64,000 nt of DNA from the human T2T-CHM13v2.0 reference genome, Homo sapiens, in assembly GCF_009914755.1 (NCBI RefSeq), contig NC_060945.1; one strand, written 5' to 3'. The position numbers and the translations under genes were made by a program. A model generated the notes under the pieces. It made no database searches. It was not told the DNA's origin and saw only the letters and a program-made list of their open reading frames with translations. Shown piece after piece: positions 37,024-53,544 of this stretch. The stretch's first letter is position 1. Each line of letters begins with the position of its first letter.

Positions 37024-39073
37024 TTATTGAGGAACATATTAAGACATGATAGAAAGAGGCAAGAAGATAAAAGCATCCTATGAATTCAAAACTGAAATGG
37101 AAAGAGGGGAAAGTTCTCTTTCACATTGTACCATGTTAACAGATCCTTTATTTAAATTGTCCAGCTTTTGGTTGTTTGTATCATTCTCCGTATGTAACAT
37201 TCCAAACACTTGGGAGGGTTAGCCTGCTCTGTATTTGTCTGCAAGCCTGGCTTTTCACTCAGACCATGGTTGTTTTATAGCATTTGGTTTATGCATTTTT
37301 AAATGTTTTTGGATGTTTCATTGTTTAGTCAGCAGGTTGGTAGCGAAAAAAATAGAAAAAAACCATATGCTCCCTGAACTGAGAGAGCATTTTGGAAGAA
37401 GTCAAAATAGGGCAACAATATGTTTTAAATTGATTTCAAATTATAATGTCTTTGGAAAATAATATAAAACCTCCCCAAAGTGAGAAATCTTATGGCAAAT
37501 TTATATTTTCAAATGAAATGTGACTGTAATCATACCTTTAAAAAATAATTATTTTTTTTTACCAAATGTTGTATCTACATAGACTTTGTTTTCATGGAAT
37601 AATAATCATATCAATCTATATGATAAAACACATTACAGGCAGTCATTTATATGGTAATTTGGTTTTTAGGACCAAAAAAATGGTTTATATGCAAAACCAT
37701 TTTGACCTTGAAAAAATAGCATCTTTTGATATATTTTGTCTAAAACTTTAAAATAATATTAATAAATCACTACAATTATTTTTGTGCTAAACGTAAATGC
37801 TGAACATCCAAACTTGATAGGCATATTTAAATATTGCAAGAATTATTTATATATAAAAACTATTTTAAAAATATAAATCTAAATATATGTGTGAAATAAT
37901 GGCACATAATAGATATTTTCCAGCCTGGCACTTTAACCATAAATTTCTTCTAAAACAACTTAGCCCATGCATACTCTAATACAGACGTCACATCCTTTTC
38001 TTACTTCTTCACTATAAATGTTATATGTAAAATACAAAGAAATTGTCTCTTTTGATTAAATTTTGGCCGTATAGTTGAAATGTTGTCTCTATTAGCAGAG
38101 AGTTCTGCTAAAAACAACTATGATATCTGGCAGGTGGATGTCCAGTGATAACTTTTATGCACCAAAACTTTGATTTCACCTTGATGTAGCTCTGTGGATC
38201 CAGTACAAAAAAGAATATCATCTTTGAACCTACTAGTGAATATTTCAGTTCCCCAGTTGGAATGGAAATATTCTCAGAAATCCATCTCAATTGGAGCCCT
38301 GAAATAATTTTAGAATCTGCTCTCAGGATACACCATCTTCCTTAAAATCAAATTCCTGTTAGTCTCTGGCTATAGAATTGCTCTAAACTGAACAACATAA
38401 AGTCAGTCCTAGATAAATCACTGGCCTTTTTCATCCTAAGAGCATTATCCCTTTAATTCTGGTATCTGCCACCAGGTAGCAATATTATGAGTAGATTATG
38501 AATATTCAGCATCCACACTGGACATAGATATCTGAAAAAGGTTTAAACGACAATTTAATCATTTAGGTATTCATTCTTAAATTAATATAAAATTAAGTGA
38601 CTATTCTTACATCAGAGTTATTATCTTAGTTTCAATAACCTCAGCATCTTAGATACTGGCTAACAACATATAGTACACAATCCACATCAATAATTATTGA
38701 AGGAGGTAATTAACAAGATTCAAAAAATAAAATACCCCTTGAAGCAAAATATAAGGAAATAAATAATGCAATAGTTAATTTTATATATCAACTTCACTGG
38801 GCCAGGGGATGCTCAGATGTTTTGTTAAACATTATTTCTGGGTGGTCTGTGAGGGGGTTTGCAGAAGAAATCAGCATTTAAATTGGTGCGCTCAATAAAG
38901 TAAATGGTCCTTCCCCATGTAGGTAGACATCATTCAATCTATTGATAGTCTGAAATAGAAGAAGAAGATGGAGAAAGGTTGAATTCTCTCTCTCTCTGCA
39001 TGACAGTATGAGCTGGAAAACTGATCTTTCCCTGCCCTTGGAGCTCCTGGTTCTCAGACCTTCAGACTGGAAC

Positions 39074-41012
<1,939 letters not shown>

Positions 41013-42794
41013 GAACTAGAATCTATGCAATCAGCTCTCTGGGTCCCAGGTCTTCTAACTGCACCACAGGCTTTCCTGGGTCTTCAGTATTTGAACTGCA
41101 CATCATGAGACTTCTCAACTTCATAACTGCATGGGCAAATTCTATATAATCAATCTCATCATATATACTTGTGTGTATATATATTCTATTGGTTCTGTTT
41201 CTGTGAAGAATCTTGACTAATACAAATAATTTTGATATTATCAATGTTTTCTTTTCTATCCTTTGTTTATCCTCAGCATTGCACATTTCTCTATTATACC
41301 TATGGCTCCTTTTCCAGAAAGGTGGCCTGGCAATTTGACTTTTCCACAAAAATGGATTCTATATATTCCATTAAAAATTATTATCAAATGATGTCATAGG
41401 ATCGATGTATAATATGTATTTTCCTTTGTCATAATTCACACATTGGTTTGCTGATTTTCTCAGCTTCTATTTTTACAAGTATTGAACTCTAATTAGATTA
41501 CTTTGATATTGTCTGATGGAGTTACTTTGGGGTATTTTAAACTTAGTTATAAATACTCCTTGTTGCTTTCTGCTGTACTTACTCTTTAGTTAAGTTAGAG
41601 ATAAATATTTTCTTTACTAGAAATTTTATAAGTATACTAATTTAAAATACATATATTCCAAGGGATTTTTTGAGTGTTCATATTATATCAATACATTTAA
41701 CAAATATTCAGAGAAAAGGTACTACATATGATGGCTCATACATGCATATAATGTGTAACGCAAAGTAAACATATAATATGTTTTGTAGGTTTTGGAGAAA
41801 AATTGTTGAGGACAATGAATACATACCCCTACTTCATGGACTAGGTGAGGGGGGGAATATTTTAAAAGTGCATTTGGAGTGTGTACAGAATTTAGCTTTA
41901 GCCACAAAAAGTATTTGGTGACACATTTGCTCTCTGTCTATTATGAATAAAATAAAATAAAACTGAGCAAAATATGAAGCAACCAATTTCAGACAAGTAA
42001 CATAGACCTGTGCTCACTGAAAAAACAAAACTTGATGATGTGAGATGCAGGCTCACCTGGGCTCCTAAAAGGGTAAGGTGGAGCCCAAGCATCGTACAGT
42101 GGTCTCACTGAGTTCTGCAGGCATAATGGGCAGTTGGAAGCAGCTTAATTTGCTAGAATTTGCATACCAGCCTGGAGAAAATGGAGCTGAGTGAGTTTTG
42201 GGAGGCAGAATTCTGTACTAGTCTCCTGTTGGTCCATGTTTACATTCACTCTGAGACCTCACAACACATAGCAGAGAGCAGCTCCTATGAGATTTAGAAA
42301 TGAATGGTCATGCACTTTAGAAAAATGCTGAAATTCTAGATTATCCAGAATGGAAAAACTTCACAGGGGATGTAAGAAATTCAGCTGAGCCTCTAGAAAG
42401 ACCATGATTTAGGAGAAAAAAAACAATAAGTAAATGCTACACCTTAGGAATGAAGTTAGGAAATAGACCTGCTCTAAAAATAAGATCAAGCCTCATAGAA
42501 TAAAAACGATCCAGCAGGAATTTAGCTGTCTGAAAGATCAAAAGTAATTACCCTCTAAAGGAAGACAAATGTATGCAATCTGTCAATCAACCACCAGGAC
42601 CAGTATACAAACAACACATACAAAAAAGTAGAAAATGTTGATCACTAGTTTTAATAGTTGTTATTTAGCTTCCTAGTTATTATCCATATACATAATTATG
42701 TCATTTGCAAATAGGGGAGTTTAATTTCTCTCTCTTTTCTCTAATTTTTACAACTTTTTCATGCCTTATTGAATGGGTTAAATGATATATATTC

Positions 42795-43070
<276 letters not shown>

Positions 43071-43220
43071 ATATATACTGTATTCTTTTTCCTTAGATCG
43101 AGTTTTTTGAAGAACATTTGTATCAGTGTAGCAACCATTAAATGCAATTCATAGAGGTATAGGTAAACATCCTTTAAATAGAATTATCTATCTATATGTA
43201 TATGTCTGTCTACGTATCCG

Positions 43221-43272
43221 TATCTATCTATCTATCTATCTATCAATCTATCTATCTATCTATCTTCTATCT
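43221..43272. repeat. (TCTA)n microsatellite
   Basis: Seen directly. Confidence 0.9.
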
Positions 43273-43299
43273 GTCATTCTATATATCTAAATATCCCAA

Positions 43300-44445
43300 G
43301 AGAATTTTTAAAAGTTAAATGAAAGAGAGGAAAGAAAAGAGATGGGTCAGATAGCAAACAAAGACCAAGAGGTGAATGTAAACTCAAATACCTTAATAAT
43401 TGTTTTAAAATTAAAGTATAGAATAAACACTGCCTATATGCTGTCTATTAGAGATACAATTTAAACATGGAGACACAAGAAGATAGAAAGTATAAAAGTG
43501 GAAAAAGATATACCCTAAAATCATTAAAAATGAAAAAAGTTTGAGTGACTGTATTAATATCAGACAATAGTGATATCAAGGTAGAAAGCACTAGTTAAGA
43601 TTTTAAAAGGAATTTTTTAATGGTGAAATGAAAAATTAAGAAAGACACAAAAATCCAGATATGAATTCACCTAACAAAAATGTTTCAAAATATCTGAAAC
43701 CAAATCACATGGTAGTGAAGAAAGAAAACGTCAAAACTGCAATCATAATTAAAGATTTAACACCATTTTCACATTGACTGATAAAATAAGAATACTAAAT
43801 AATCACTAAGTCTATAAAATATTTAACAAGAACTATCTGCTAACTTTAGTAATCAACATTTATTAAACACATACCCCAAAGTTGTAGAAAACATTTAGCA
43901 ACTTAGACCATAACTTGGGCCATACAAAAAGTTTCATGAAATTTCAAATGAGTGAAGAAATTTACATAGTAAGTTAACAAGATTACAGAATACAAGGCTA
44001 ACATACAAAAATTTATTTTATTTCTATATAATTAAAAACTGGAAAATAAAATAAAAATTTAATATAGAAAAACATGAAAATATGCAACAAAGGTTAATTT
44101 AACAAATGATATGTATAAATCTTCCACAAAAAAATAGAAAACATTAGAGATAAAATTTTTTATCTAATATGTATACCTAGATATTTTTATCTAACATATA
44201 TATCTAGATATATATATAGATATTTTATCTACTACATATATATTGCTTTATATAAATAAAGATACCATAATTATAAGTTGGAAGACTCAATTTTTTTAAA
44301 TGTTAATTGTCCTCAAAGTAATAGTCATTAATGCAACTCCAATAATAAATAATGCAACTCCAATAAAAATTGTAACAAGTGATTTCATAAAATCTAAAAG
44401 TTAATTCCAAAATTTATGGATAAATACAAAGAAAAAAACAAAGCA
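43300..44445 (+). mobile_element. Old L1M ORF2 fragments
   Basis: Degenerate endonuclease-region motifs ('tatatgctgtctattagagatac', 'tattaatatcagacaa', 'ggaagactcaat'). Confidence 0.7.
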
Positions 44446-45025
44446 AATTTCACTAAGCTACAGAATCCACAAGAAAGGATTCTGTAGCTTCGAATTTTAT
44501 ATCTTGATCAAATTATCTGGACAATTGCAGGTCCCCAGAAGAGTTATTCTAATTCTATTGGGAGGGTTAGAAAAAGATTGCTGGGAATTGTAAAATAATT
44601 TTCTCTATAAGTTAGAGTAGTTTTAACATTGAATAATTTAAAATTAAATATAAATATTGATAATTGTAATAATATTTTAAATCAATTATTTCATGAATTA
44701 GATATATGCATTTCATTTTAGTCATTTGCTGTTTGTAAGAGATTCAAGTATAAGGGAATATCAAATAAGTTCCCATTATAAATCAAATATAAAATTCTGT
44801 TGAATAATAGAATCAAACTTTAGGTTTTAAAGGTAGAAGACAACTGTAAGTATTTAAGTAATATTAGCATATGCAGAAACCATAATATTAACCATATTTA
44901 TGTGTTTTTTGGAGTAATATGTGATGGGGTTTTGTTGATTTGTGCTTGGAAATCAAATATGGTAAATTAGTAAATGCATTTTTAAATACTTAAGACAATT
45001 TAATTACAGAAATTGTATAACCCAC

Positions 45026-47329
45026 TAATATGGTTTGGCTGTGCCCCCACCCAAATCTCATCTTGAATTGTAATTCCCACAATTCTCACGTGTCATGAGA
45101 GGAACCCAGTGGGAGGTGATTGAATCATGGGGGCGGGTCTTTCCCATGCTGTTCCCATGATAGTGAGTCTCATGAGATCTGATAGATTTAAAAATGGAAG
45201 ACTTCCTGCACAAGCTCTCTCTTTGCCTGCTACCATCCATGTAAGACGTGACTTGCTCCTCCTTAACTTCTGCCATGATTGTTAGGCTTCCCCGGCCACG
45301 TGGAACTGTAAGTCCAATTAAACCTCTTTCTTTTGTAAATTGCCCAGTCTCAGGTATGACTTTATCAGCCGTGAGAAAACAAACTAATACAGTATATAGG
45401 TATCAGTACAGTGGGTTGTTGCTGAAAAGATACCCGAAAATGTGGAAGCGACTTTAGAACTGGGTAACAGGCAGAGGTTGGAACAGTTTGGAGGGCTCAT
45501 AAGAAGACAGGAAAATGTGGGAAAGTTTGGAACTTCCTAGAGACTTGTTGAATGGCTTTGACCAAAATCCTGATAGCGATATGGACAATAAGGTCTAGGC
45601 TGAGGTGGTCTCAGATGGAGATGAAGAACTTGTTGGGAACTGGAGCAAAGGTGACTCTTGTTATGTTGTAGCAAAGAGACTGGCAGCATTTTGCCCCTGC
45701 CCTAGAGATTTGTGGAACTTTTAACTTGAGAGAGATGATTTAGGGTATCTGGTAAAAAAAATTCCTAAGCAGCAAAGCATTCAAGAGTTAACTTGGGTGC
45801 TGTTAAAGGCACTTAGTTTTACAAGTGAAGCAGAGCATAAAAGTTCAGAAAATTTGCAGCCTGACAATGTGATAGAAAAGAAAAACCCATTTTCTGAGGA
45901 GAAATTCAGGCTGGCTGCAGAAATTTGCAAAAGTTACTAGGAGCCGAATGTTAATCTCCAAGACAATGGGGAAAACGTCTCCAGAGCATGTCAGAGGTCT
46001 TCACGGCAGCCCTTCCCATCACAGGCCCAGAGGCCTAAGAGAAAATGGTTTAGTGGGACAGGCCCCCTGTGCTGAGTGCAGTCTAGGGACTTGATGCCCT
46101 GTGTCCCAGCCACTCCAGCTGTGACTAAAAGGGGCCAAGGTACAGTTTTGGCTGCTGGTTCAGAGGATGGAAGCCACAAGCCTTGGCAGCTTCCACATGA
46201 TGTTGAGCCTACAGGTATACAGAAGTCAAGAATAGAGGTTTGGGAACCTCCACCTAGATTTCAGAAGATACATGGAAATGCCTGCATACCCAGGAAGTAG
46301 TTTGCTGCAGGAATAGGGCCCTCATGGAGAACCTCTGCAACAGAAGTGTGAAAGAGAAATGTGGGGTCAGAGGCCCCACACAGAATCCCTACTGGGGCAC
46401 CACCTAGTGGAGCTGTGAGAAGAGGTCCCATCCTCCTCCAGATCCCAGAACGGTGGATCCCCTGACAGCTTGCACAGTGCGCCTGGGAAAGCCGCAAACA
46501 CTCAATGCCAACCCCTGAAAGCTGCTGGGAGGGAAGCTATACCCTGCAGAGCCACAGGGTGGAGCTGCCCAAGACCATGGGAACCCACCTCTTGCATCAG
46601 CATGACCTGGATGTGAGACATGAAGTCAAAGAAGATCATTTGGGAGCTTTAAGATTTGACTGCTCTGCTGGATTTCAGACTTGCTGGGGCCTGTAGCCCC
46701 TTCGTTTTGTCCAGTTCCTCCCACTTGGAGTGGCTGTATTTACCCAATGCCTCTACCCCTGTTGTATCTAGGACGTAACTAACTTGCTTTTGATTTTACA
46801 GGCTTATAGGCAGAAGGGACTTGACTTGTCTCAGATGAGACTTTGGACTGTGGACTTTTGAGTTAATGCTAAAATGAGTTAAAACTTTTGAGGGACTGTT
46901 GGGAAGGTGTGATTGGTTTTGAAATGTGAGGACATGAGATTTGGGAAGAGTAAGGGGCAGAATAATATGATTTGGCTGTGTCCCCACCCAAATCTCATCT
47001 TGAATTGTAACTCTTATAATTCCCATGCCTTCTGGAAGGAACCTGGTGGGAGGTGATTTAATCATGGGGGTGGGGCCTTTCCCATGCCATTCTCGTGATA
47101 GTAAGCCTCATGAGATCTGACAGCTTTGAAAACAGTAGTTTTCCTGCACAAGCTCTCTCTTTGCTTGCTGGCATCCATGTAAGAGGTGACTTGCTCCTCC
47201 TAGCCTTCTGCAATGATTGTGAGGCTTCTACAGCCATGTGGAACTGTAAGTCCAGCTAAACGCCTTTCTTTTGTAAATTACCCAGTCTCAGATATGTCTT
47301 TATCAGTAACGTGAAAAAAGACTAATACA
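45026..47329 (+). mobile_element. Full-length THE1B element (LTR 45026-45391, internal region, LTR 46963-47329)
   Basis: Two THE1B LTRs flanking a ~1.57-kb THE1-int; TSD cccac/ctcac. Confidence 0.93.
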
Positions 47330-47784
47330 CTCACTTAAAGGTGCTGGCTAGTATTTACTGGAATTATGTATAGCATAAGTGTTTCAGTTTGAACTAAAAA
47401 AGTGTAAAAGCAAACTTCTTAGTTTTTTAAATTTTGGCAAATTGTATATTAACTTTTAAAATGATGATAATACTAATGATGTTTTTATCGGCAATAAGTA
47501 AGCTGAGTTCAAGGATACCAGATATTTTGCATGTGTGAGTTTAAATTTTTTTTATTTAAAAAAGTGCTACTATCTTTATATTGTTCTCCCTCTTGGCAAT
47601 GTTTTAGCCATTAAATTACTTCTTCATTTATTAGGCAATAACAGTTTTCTTAAAACACTCAATCCTTTGTCTATAACTACATCAGGACCTTAAGAACACC
47701 CCAGAGGTTATGAGTGGGTTTAAGTGCGCCATCTGTGGTTCAATTAACTGTACACACATTTAATGTATTTAATACAGAAATACA

Positions 47785-48225
47785 TTTTTTTAATTTTTTT
47801 AAGCTTTTATTTTAAGTTCAAGAGTAGATGTGCAAGTTCGTTACATAGGTAAACTTGTGTCATGAGGGTTTGTTGTACACAGTATTTCATCACCCAGGTA
47901 TTAATGCTGGTACTCATTAGCTATTTCTCCTGACCCTCTCCCTTCTCCCACCATCCACCCTCTGATAGGCCCCAGTGTGTGTTGTTCCTGTCTGTGTCTC
48001 TATGTGTTCTCATCATTTGGCTCACAATTACAAGACATGGAATCAACCTAAACGCCAGTCAGTGATAGACTGGATAAAGAAAATGTGGTACATACACACC
48101 TTGGAATACTATGTAGCCATAAAAAAGAACAAGATCATGACCTTTGCAGGGACATGGGTGGAGCTGGAAGCTATTATCCTTAGCAAACTAATGAGGCACA
48201 AAAAAAAGATACCACATTTTTCTCA
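47785..48225 (-). mobile_element. L1PA (older subfamily) 3' fragment with 5' inversion
   Basis: Antisense to 48034, then the adjoining L1 segment in sense orientation to 48225; TSD aaatacatttt (47778 and 48227). Confidence 0.9.
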
Positions 48226-48337
48226 AAAATACATTTTGCAAAGAAGGGAGACCAAAACTTTAGAGATACTCTCTAAGAAAAAAAATGTAAAAACTACTGA
48301 TCTTTAAAATTAATGTATGAGTTCTTAATTTTTGTAG

Positions 48338-48686
<349 letters not shown>

Positions 48687-49634
48687 TAGCTCCTACTCGT
48701 TCTTACCCAGTAACACTACTCTGTTTTCTTCACACATTGGGCTGCTACACAACTCTGTCACATTGCTCATCAGAGTATTTTTGTACCTTCTAACCATTTC
48801 TTAGGGCTCATTGTCTTATAACTCTTCCTCAATCATGTAGTAGGACCAACCTCAGAGGCAATATGCTTGAGAAAATTTTTTCTTCAATCTGAAGATGAAT
48901 CAATTGACCCTAATTATACTTTCAGAGCACTTTTTAAATAACTTAGTGTTAAAGACTACCTACAAGTCATTGCAATTATGTGTTTGTATTTCTACATATC
49001 ACTAGACATTCAGCCCCTTGAGTGTTTTTATGCTATTTAGCTTAATCATGATCACAGAGCTCAGGGAAAGTCCTCCCTAAAGTATCTTTTTTATTGAATA
49101 CATGGACTCTTGAATACGAGGCACCTTATTTAGCTTGTTGATACAAACCAATAGAATACTAATGATAACTTATTTCATATTATTATTGAAAAAAATTTTC
49201 TACTGCCAAGAAATTTGTTTCAAAGGCATTGATCTATTTTATTGAATCTCTGCCTTTATTTACTAACCTTTCACCTACACCTTAGAGAGGCCAATGCTTC
49301 AGAAAGAGCTAGTCAAGAAGCAAGCTGAATAGGCTCTGCTCAACCTGGGCACATAGTCTAGGAATCCAGTGGAGGCAAAGAGTATCTGTCCGAGTCAGCT
49401 AGATAAAGGTAAATAAATCGACATATACACTGAACCTGATCAACCAGCAGAATAAAAAACAGGTCAGGATTACCTAACAAATGCATGCAGATTTAAATTT
49501 ATTCTTCTTTTAATAAATGATTGTAAACTCCTTAGAAACTATTTCCCTGTCTTCCCACAAAGGCATGTGCTTCCACCTACTGGTGACCTTTTTTGCATAT
49601 GACTGTTTCAGTTACTGTTAGAGAGCTATGAATT

Positions 49635-50385
49635 CAAGCCACAGTGAGATACCAAATACACACCTATTAGATGGGCAAAAAGGAAAAAAAGGCTTACAAT
49701 GCAAAGTGCTGGCAAGGCTGTGGATCCATGGTAACTCTCATACATTGCTGATGGAAATAACAAAAATTACAGCTACTTAGGAAAATGGTCTGGATGTTTC
49801 TTAATAGGTTCAATTACACACTTGCCATGTGACCCAGGTTTCATTCTTAAGCATTTACCCAGGAGAAAGAAAACCATCTCTACCCAAAAGCTTGTATGCC
49901 AACACATATAGTGGCTAATGTTTATTTAGCAATTAATAGTTTCTAAAAACTTGAAACACAGAAATGTCCACTAACTAGTAAATAGGCCGAATATCTGCTT
50001 CAGACTCTATATTCACACAATGGATACCACTTGGAAATTAAAATAAATGAACTACTGATATATGCAATATCATGAATGAATCTCAAATGTGTCATGCAAA
50101 GTGAAAAGGAGTCCAATTCAAAGGTTACATACTACATCATTCTATTTATATGACATCTGGGAAAAGACAATGTCAGAGTGACGGAAAACAGATCATTTTT
50201 TGCCAGTGACTGTTTGTTGGGGAGGCAGATTTACTATAAAAGGTGCAAAGAAATTTTATAAAGTGATGAAGATGTATTATATCTTTATTTTGGTGGTTAT
50301 TACCCAACTAACACATTTGTCGAAACTCATAGCACTATGCACTTTAAAAGGGTGAATTTTATTCCATGCAAATGATACCTTTAAA
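49635..50385 (+). mobile_element. L1M (MB/MC/ME) 3' end
   Basis: 'cacagtgagatacca', 'aactctcatacattgctgatggaa', 'atgaatgaatctcaaa'. Confidence 0.8.
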
Positions 50386-51359
50386 ATTTTTGACCTTCAA
50401 AATCTTTATAACACCCTAAAGATCCACAAGAATGAATTTTTATATTGAGAAATATAAAGCATTTTTCCCAGTTCATCAAAACAATGTTAATAAAAATGTT
50501 GTTAAATATTTTCTTTATGCAATCCACAAAACCTTCTTAACACACTGACTTAACCAACTGATCAGTGCAGTTCACCTCTTTACCAATCGTCAGAAAACAA
50601 CATCATTAAAAAACTAACACATTCTTTCCAAAAGTGTTGGTTTTGTCTGCTATATGGAGTTCATACAATTACACTTCACCATAAGTAAATTATTTTAGAC
50701 ACTTTAAAAAATGTAAAATTATATCTAAGTTATTACATGGCTTGTACAGAGAAAATACTGTTGAAAATGTTGAAAGATCATGATCAGAAATTACTAACCA
50801 ATAGGTTTTCAATCAAGGAGTAGTGATATTACATATTAATTACCTTTTTCTCCAAGTACTTGCTCAGTCTCTTTTTAATAATATAATTTTCTTTCTCTAA
50901 TACTAATTCATAAGAAGGTAGTAATTTGGCTATATGATAAACTTTTCAAAGTACCATCGATTTTGTGTGTGTGCATAACTGCAAAAACACATACAGCCAT
51001 AAGTGTCAGATAGCCAGGTAGATGGTTGATTGATTGATTGATTGGTTGGTTGAAGACACAGACAGTTGATGACAGAGAGACAGAAAGATAGAAAGATGTA
51101 TATGTAAAAGCACAATATTTTAAAGAAACATAAAGTTCAGTAATTTTCCCAAGCTGAAAAGTATACCTTTGAAAAGCAATTTTAATGTGCTAGGCTTCTT
51201 TTTTCCTAACTCTAAAAAGCATGATCTTCTAGTTTTATTCTCTTACGTAAACTTTCAAGACCTCTCCTTTTTTGGCAATCCAGTTTTTATCCAGTTTTGT
51301 CTCCACTTGAGACTAGGTCTTTGGTCCTCCTTTCTCATTTATGAGTTCCCGGGGTTAAC

Positions 51360-51470
51360 TTATTTATTTAGAGGCAGGATCTTGCCCTGTCATTCAGGCT
51401 GGAATGCAGTGGCGATATCATAGCTCATTGTAACCTCAAACTCCTGGGCTCAAGTGACCCTCCGTGCAGC
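51360..51470 (-). mobile_element. Alu monomer fragment (FLAM/AluJ)
   Basis: 'caggctggaatgcagtggcg...aactcctgggctcaagtga'. Confidence 0.75.
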
Positions 51471-52076
51471 CTTTGGTGTACTATTGGATTTGCTTCAATG
51501 ATATCTATAGTAATTATTTTTTCTCAAAATAGTTTTATTCTCACCCATTTTTGTGTACATACCATGCTGAAATAAAGGTAATATACAAACATTTGAGCTC
51601 CTATTTCTAGTAAAATAAAGTGAAATACCTCAAACAACTAAACAATAACACATGGTTCTAAAGGATTGTATGAAGAATAGGTCATACTTTTAACATTCTG
51701 GCAGCATCAAATTTAGAAAATGAAGGCAATGAGAGCTTTGATGTTTTTGAGAAGTGATGAGTTCAGATCTCAAAGACTGTAAGCCACAATCCTTGCAACA
51801 TTTACCAAGTAACTATGTGCCTATGTGCTGTATAAATATCATACAAAAATCTCAGATAAAACTATGGGACATAAAACAATTAATGAGAAATTAAGATCTA
51901 AATATCCTTGGATTTTTAAAGAAAAATGTGCATTTCATATCTACACCAACTAGTTGAAGTTTACAGGAAACATGAATGCACTTTTGCCTTACTATTATTT
52001 ATAACGGTGCAGTTTTTATCATCATTTACATTTAAATGATTTTATTATTTTCTCTGTGATTTATCTTCCTTTCCTA

Positions 52077-53465
52077 ATTTTCTATTGTGGTAAAATACAC
52101 ATAACAAAATTTGCCACTTTAACCAATGTTAAAGCGAACAGAATATGGCCAGAGAAGGGCTCCTTACTTCTATATTTGAGTCCTTGTGGATGAACTGCAG
52201 CATAACAATAGGTAGACAAGATTGAAAACCTAACTTAGGAGTATGCGTCTGTAACAATAGCTGAGTCTTGGTCCATCCCAGCAGCCACACCTCAACCACT
52301 TACAGACTGCTGAGTGTTTAAACTGTGTTCAAATAAGGCAAATGTCAACCTGTAACCAATCCAGCTGTTTCTGTACCTCACTTTCCCTTTTCGGCCTATA
52401 AATTTGTTCTGACCACGAGGCATCCCTGGATTTTTGTAATCTGCTGTGATTCTAGAGGCAGCTAGATTTGTGAATAGTCTTTTTTTCCCCCTGCTCAGTT
52501 AAAATCTGTTAAATTTAATTTGTCTAAAGTTTTCTTTTAACACTAATTTTAAGTGTGTAGTTCAGTGATATTAAATATATTCACAGTGTTGTACAACCAT
52601 CACCACCATCCACCTCCAAAACTCTTTTTATCTTGTGAACCTAAAACTCAGTACCCAATAAACACTAAGTCTCCATCCTCCCTTTCTCCCAGCCCCTAAT
52701 CACCACCGTTCTAAACACTGTCTCTATAATTTTGACTCCTCTAGGGAGCTCTTATAGGTAAAATCAAGCAATATTTATCTTTCTGTGCCTGGCTTATTAC
52801 ACTTAGAATAATGTCCTCAAGATTCATCTATGTTGTAGCATATGTAGGAGTTTTCTTCTTTTTTAAAGACGGAATATTCACTTTTTAATTATATTATTTG
52901 GGGTTTTTGTTTGTTTCTTTCTTTGTTGTTTTGAGTTTCTTGTAAATTCTGGATATTTGTTATTGGTCAGATGCATAGTTTGCAAATATTTTCTCTCACT
53001 CCGAAGTGTATCAGTTTACTCTGTTGATTTTTTTTTTTTTTTCTATGCAGAAGCTTTTAGTTTACCTCCCACTTTCTATTTCTGTTTTTGCTGTCTGTGC
53101 TTTTGAGGTCTTAGTCAATACTTCTTAAACTATACTAATGTCCAGAAGTGTTTTCTTGGGATTTTCTTCAAGTACTTTTATAGCCAGGTTTTACATTTAA
53201 GTCTTGAATACATCTTGAGTAGATTTTTGTATATGGTGAGAGATAGGGGTCTACTTTCATTCTTCTGCACGTGACAGTTCAATTATCCTAGCACTATTTC
53301 TAGCAAAGGGTGTTCTTTCCCTAGTGTATGTTCTTGTTCACTTTGTCAGAGATAGGTTGGCTGTAAATATGTGGCTTTATTTCTAGGTTCCCTATTCTGG
53401 TACCTTGATTTATGTGTCTATTTTTATTCCAATATAATGCTATTTGGATTATTATACCTTTGTAG
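52077..53465 (-). mobile_element. L1MB 3' end and adjoining L1 ORF2 fragment, antisense
   Basis: 'attgtggtaaaatacacataacaaaattt', 'gtgttgtacaaccatcaccaccatcca', 'gatttttgtatatggtgagagataggggtc'. Confidence 0.85.
52127..52542 (+). mobile_element. Solo MER57 LTR nested in L1MB
   Basis: TGTTAAAGCGAAC...ttttaaca termini; TSD ccaa/ctaa. Confidence 0.88.
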
Positions 53466-53544
53466 TCCAAAGAAGACGTACAAATGGCCAACAGTCACAT
53501 GAGAGAATGCCAACCATCAAAGAGATACAAATTAAAACCAGTTC

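Noticed and set aside
45058-47065. ORFs within THE1 elements (also 57906-59542)
   Set aside because: Short, decayed MaLR frames; similarity between the two elements reflects family membership, not a local duplication.
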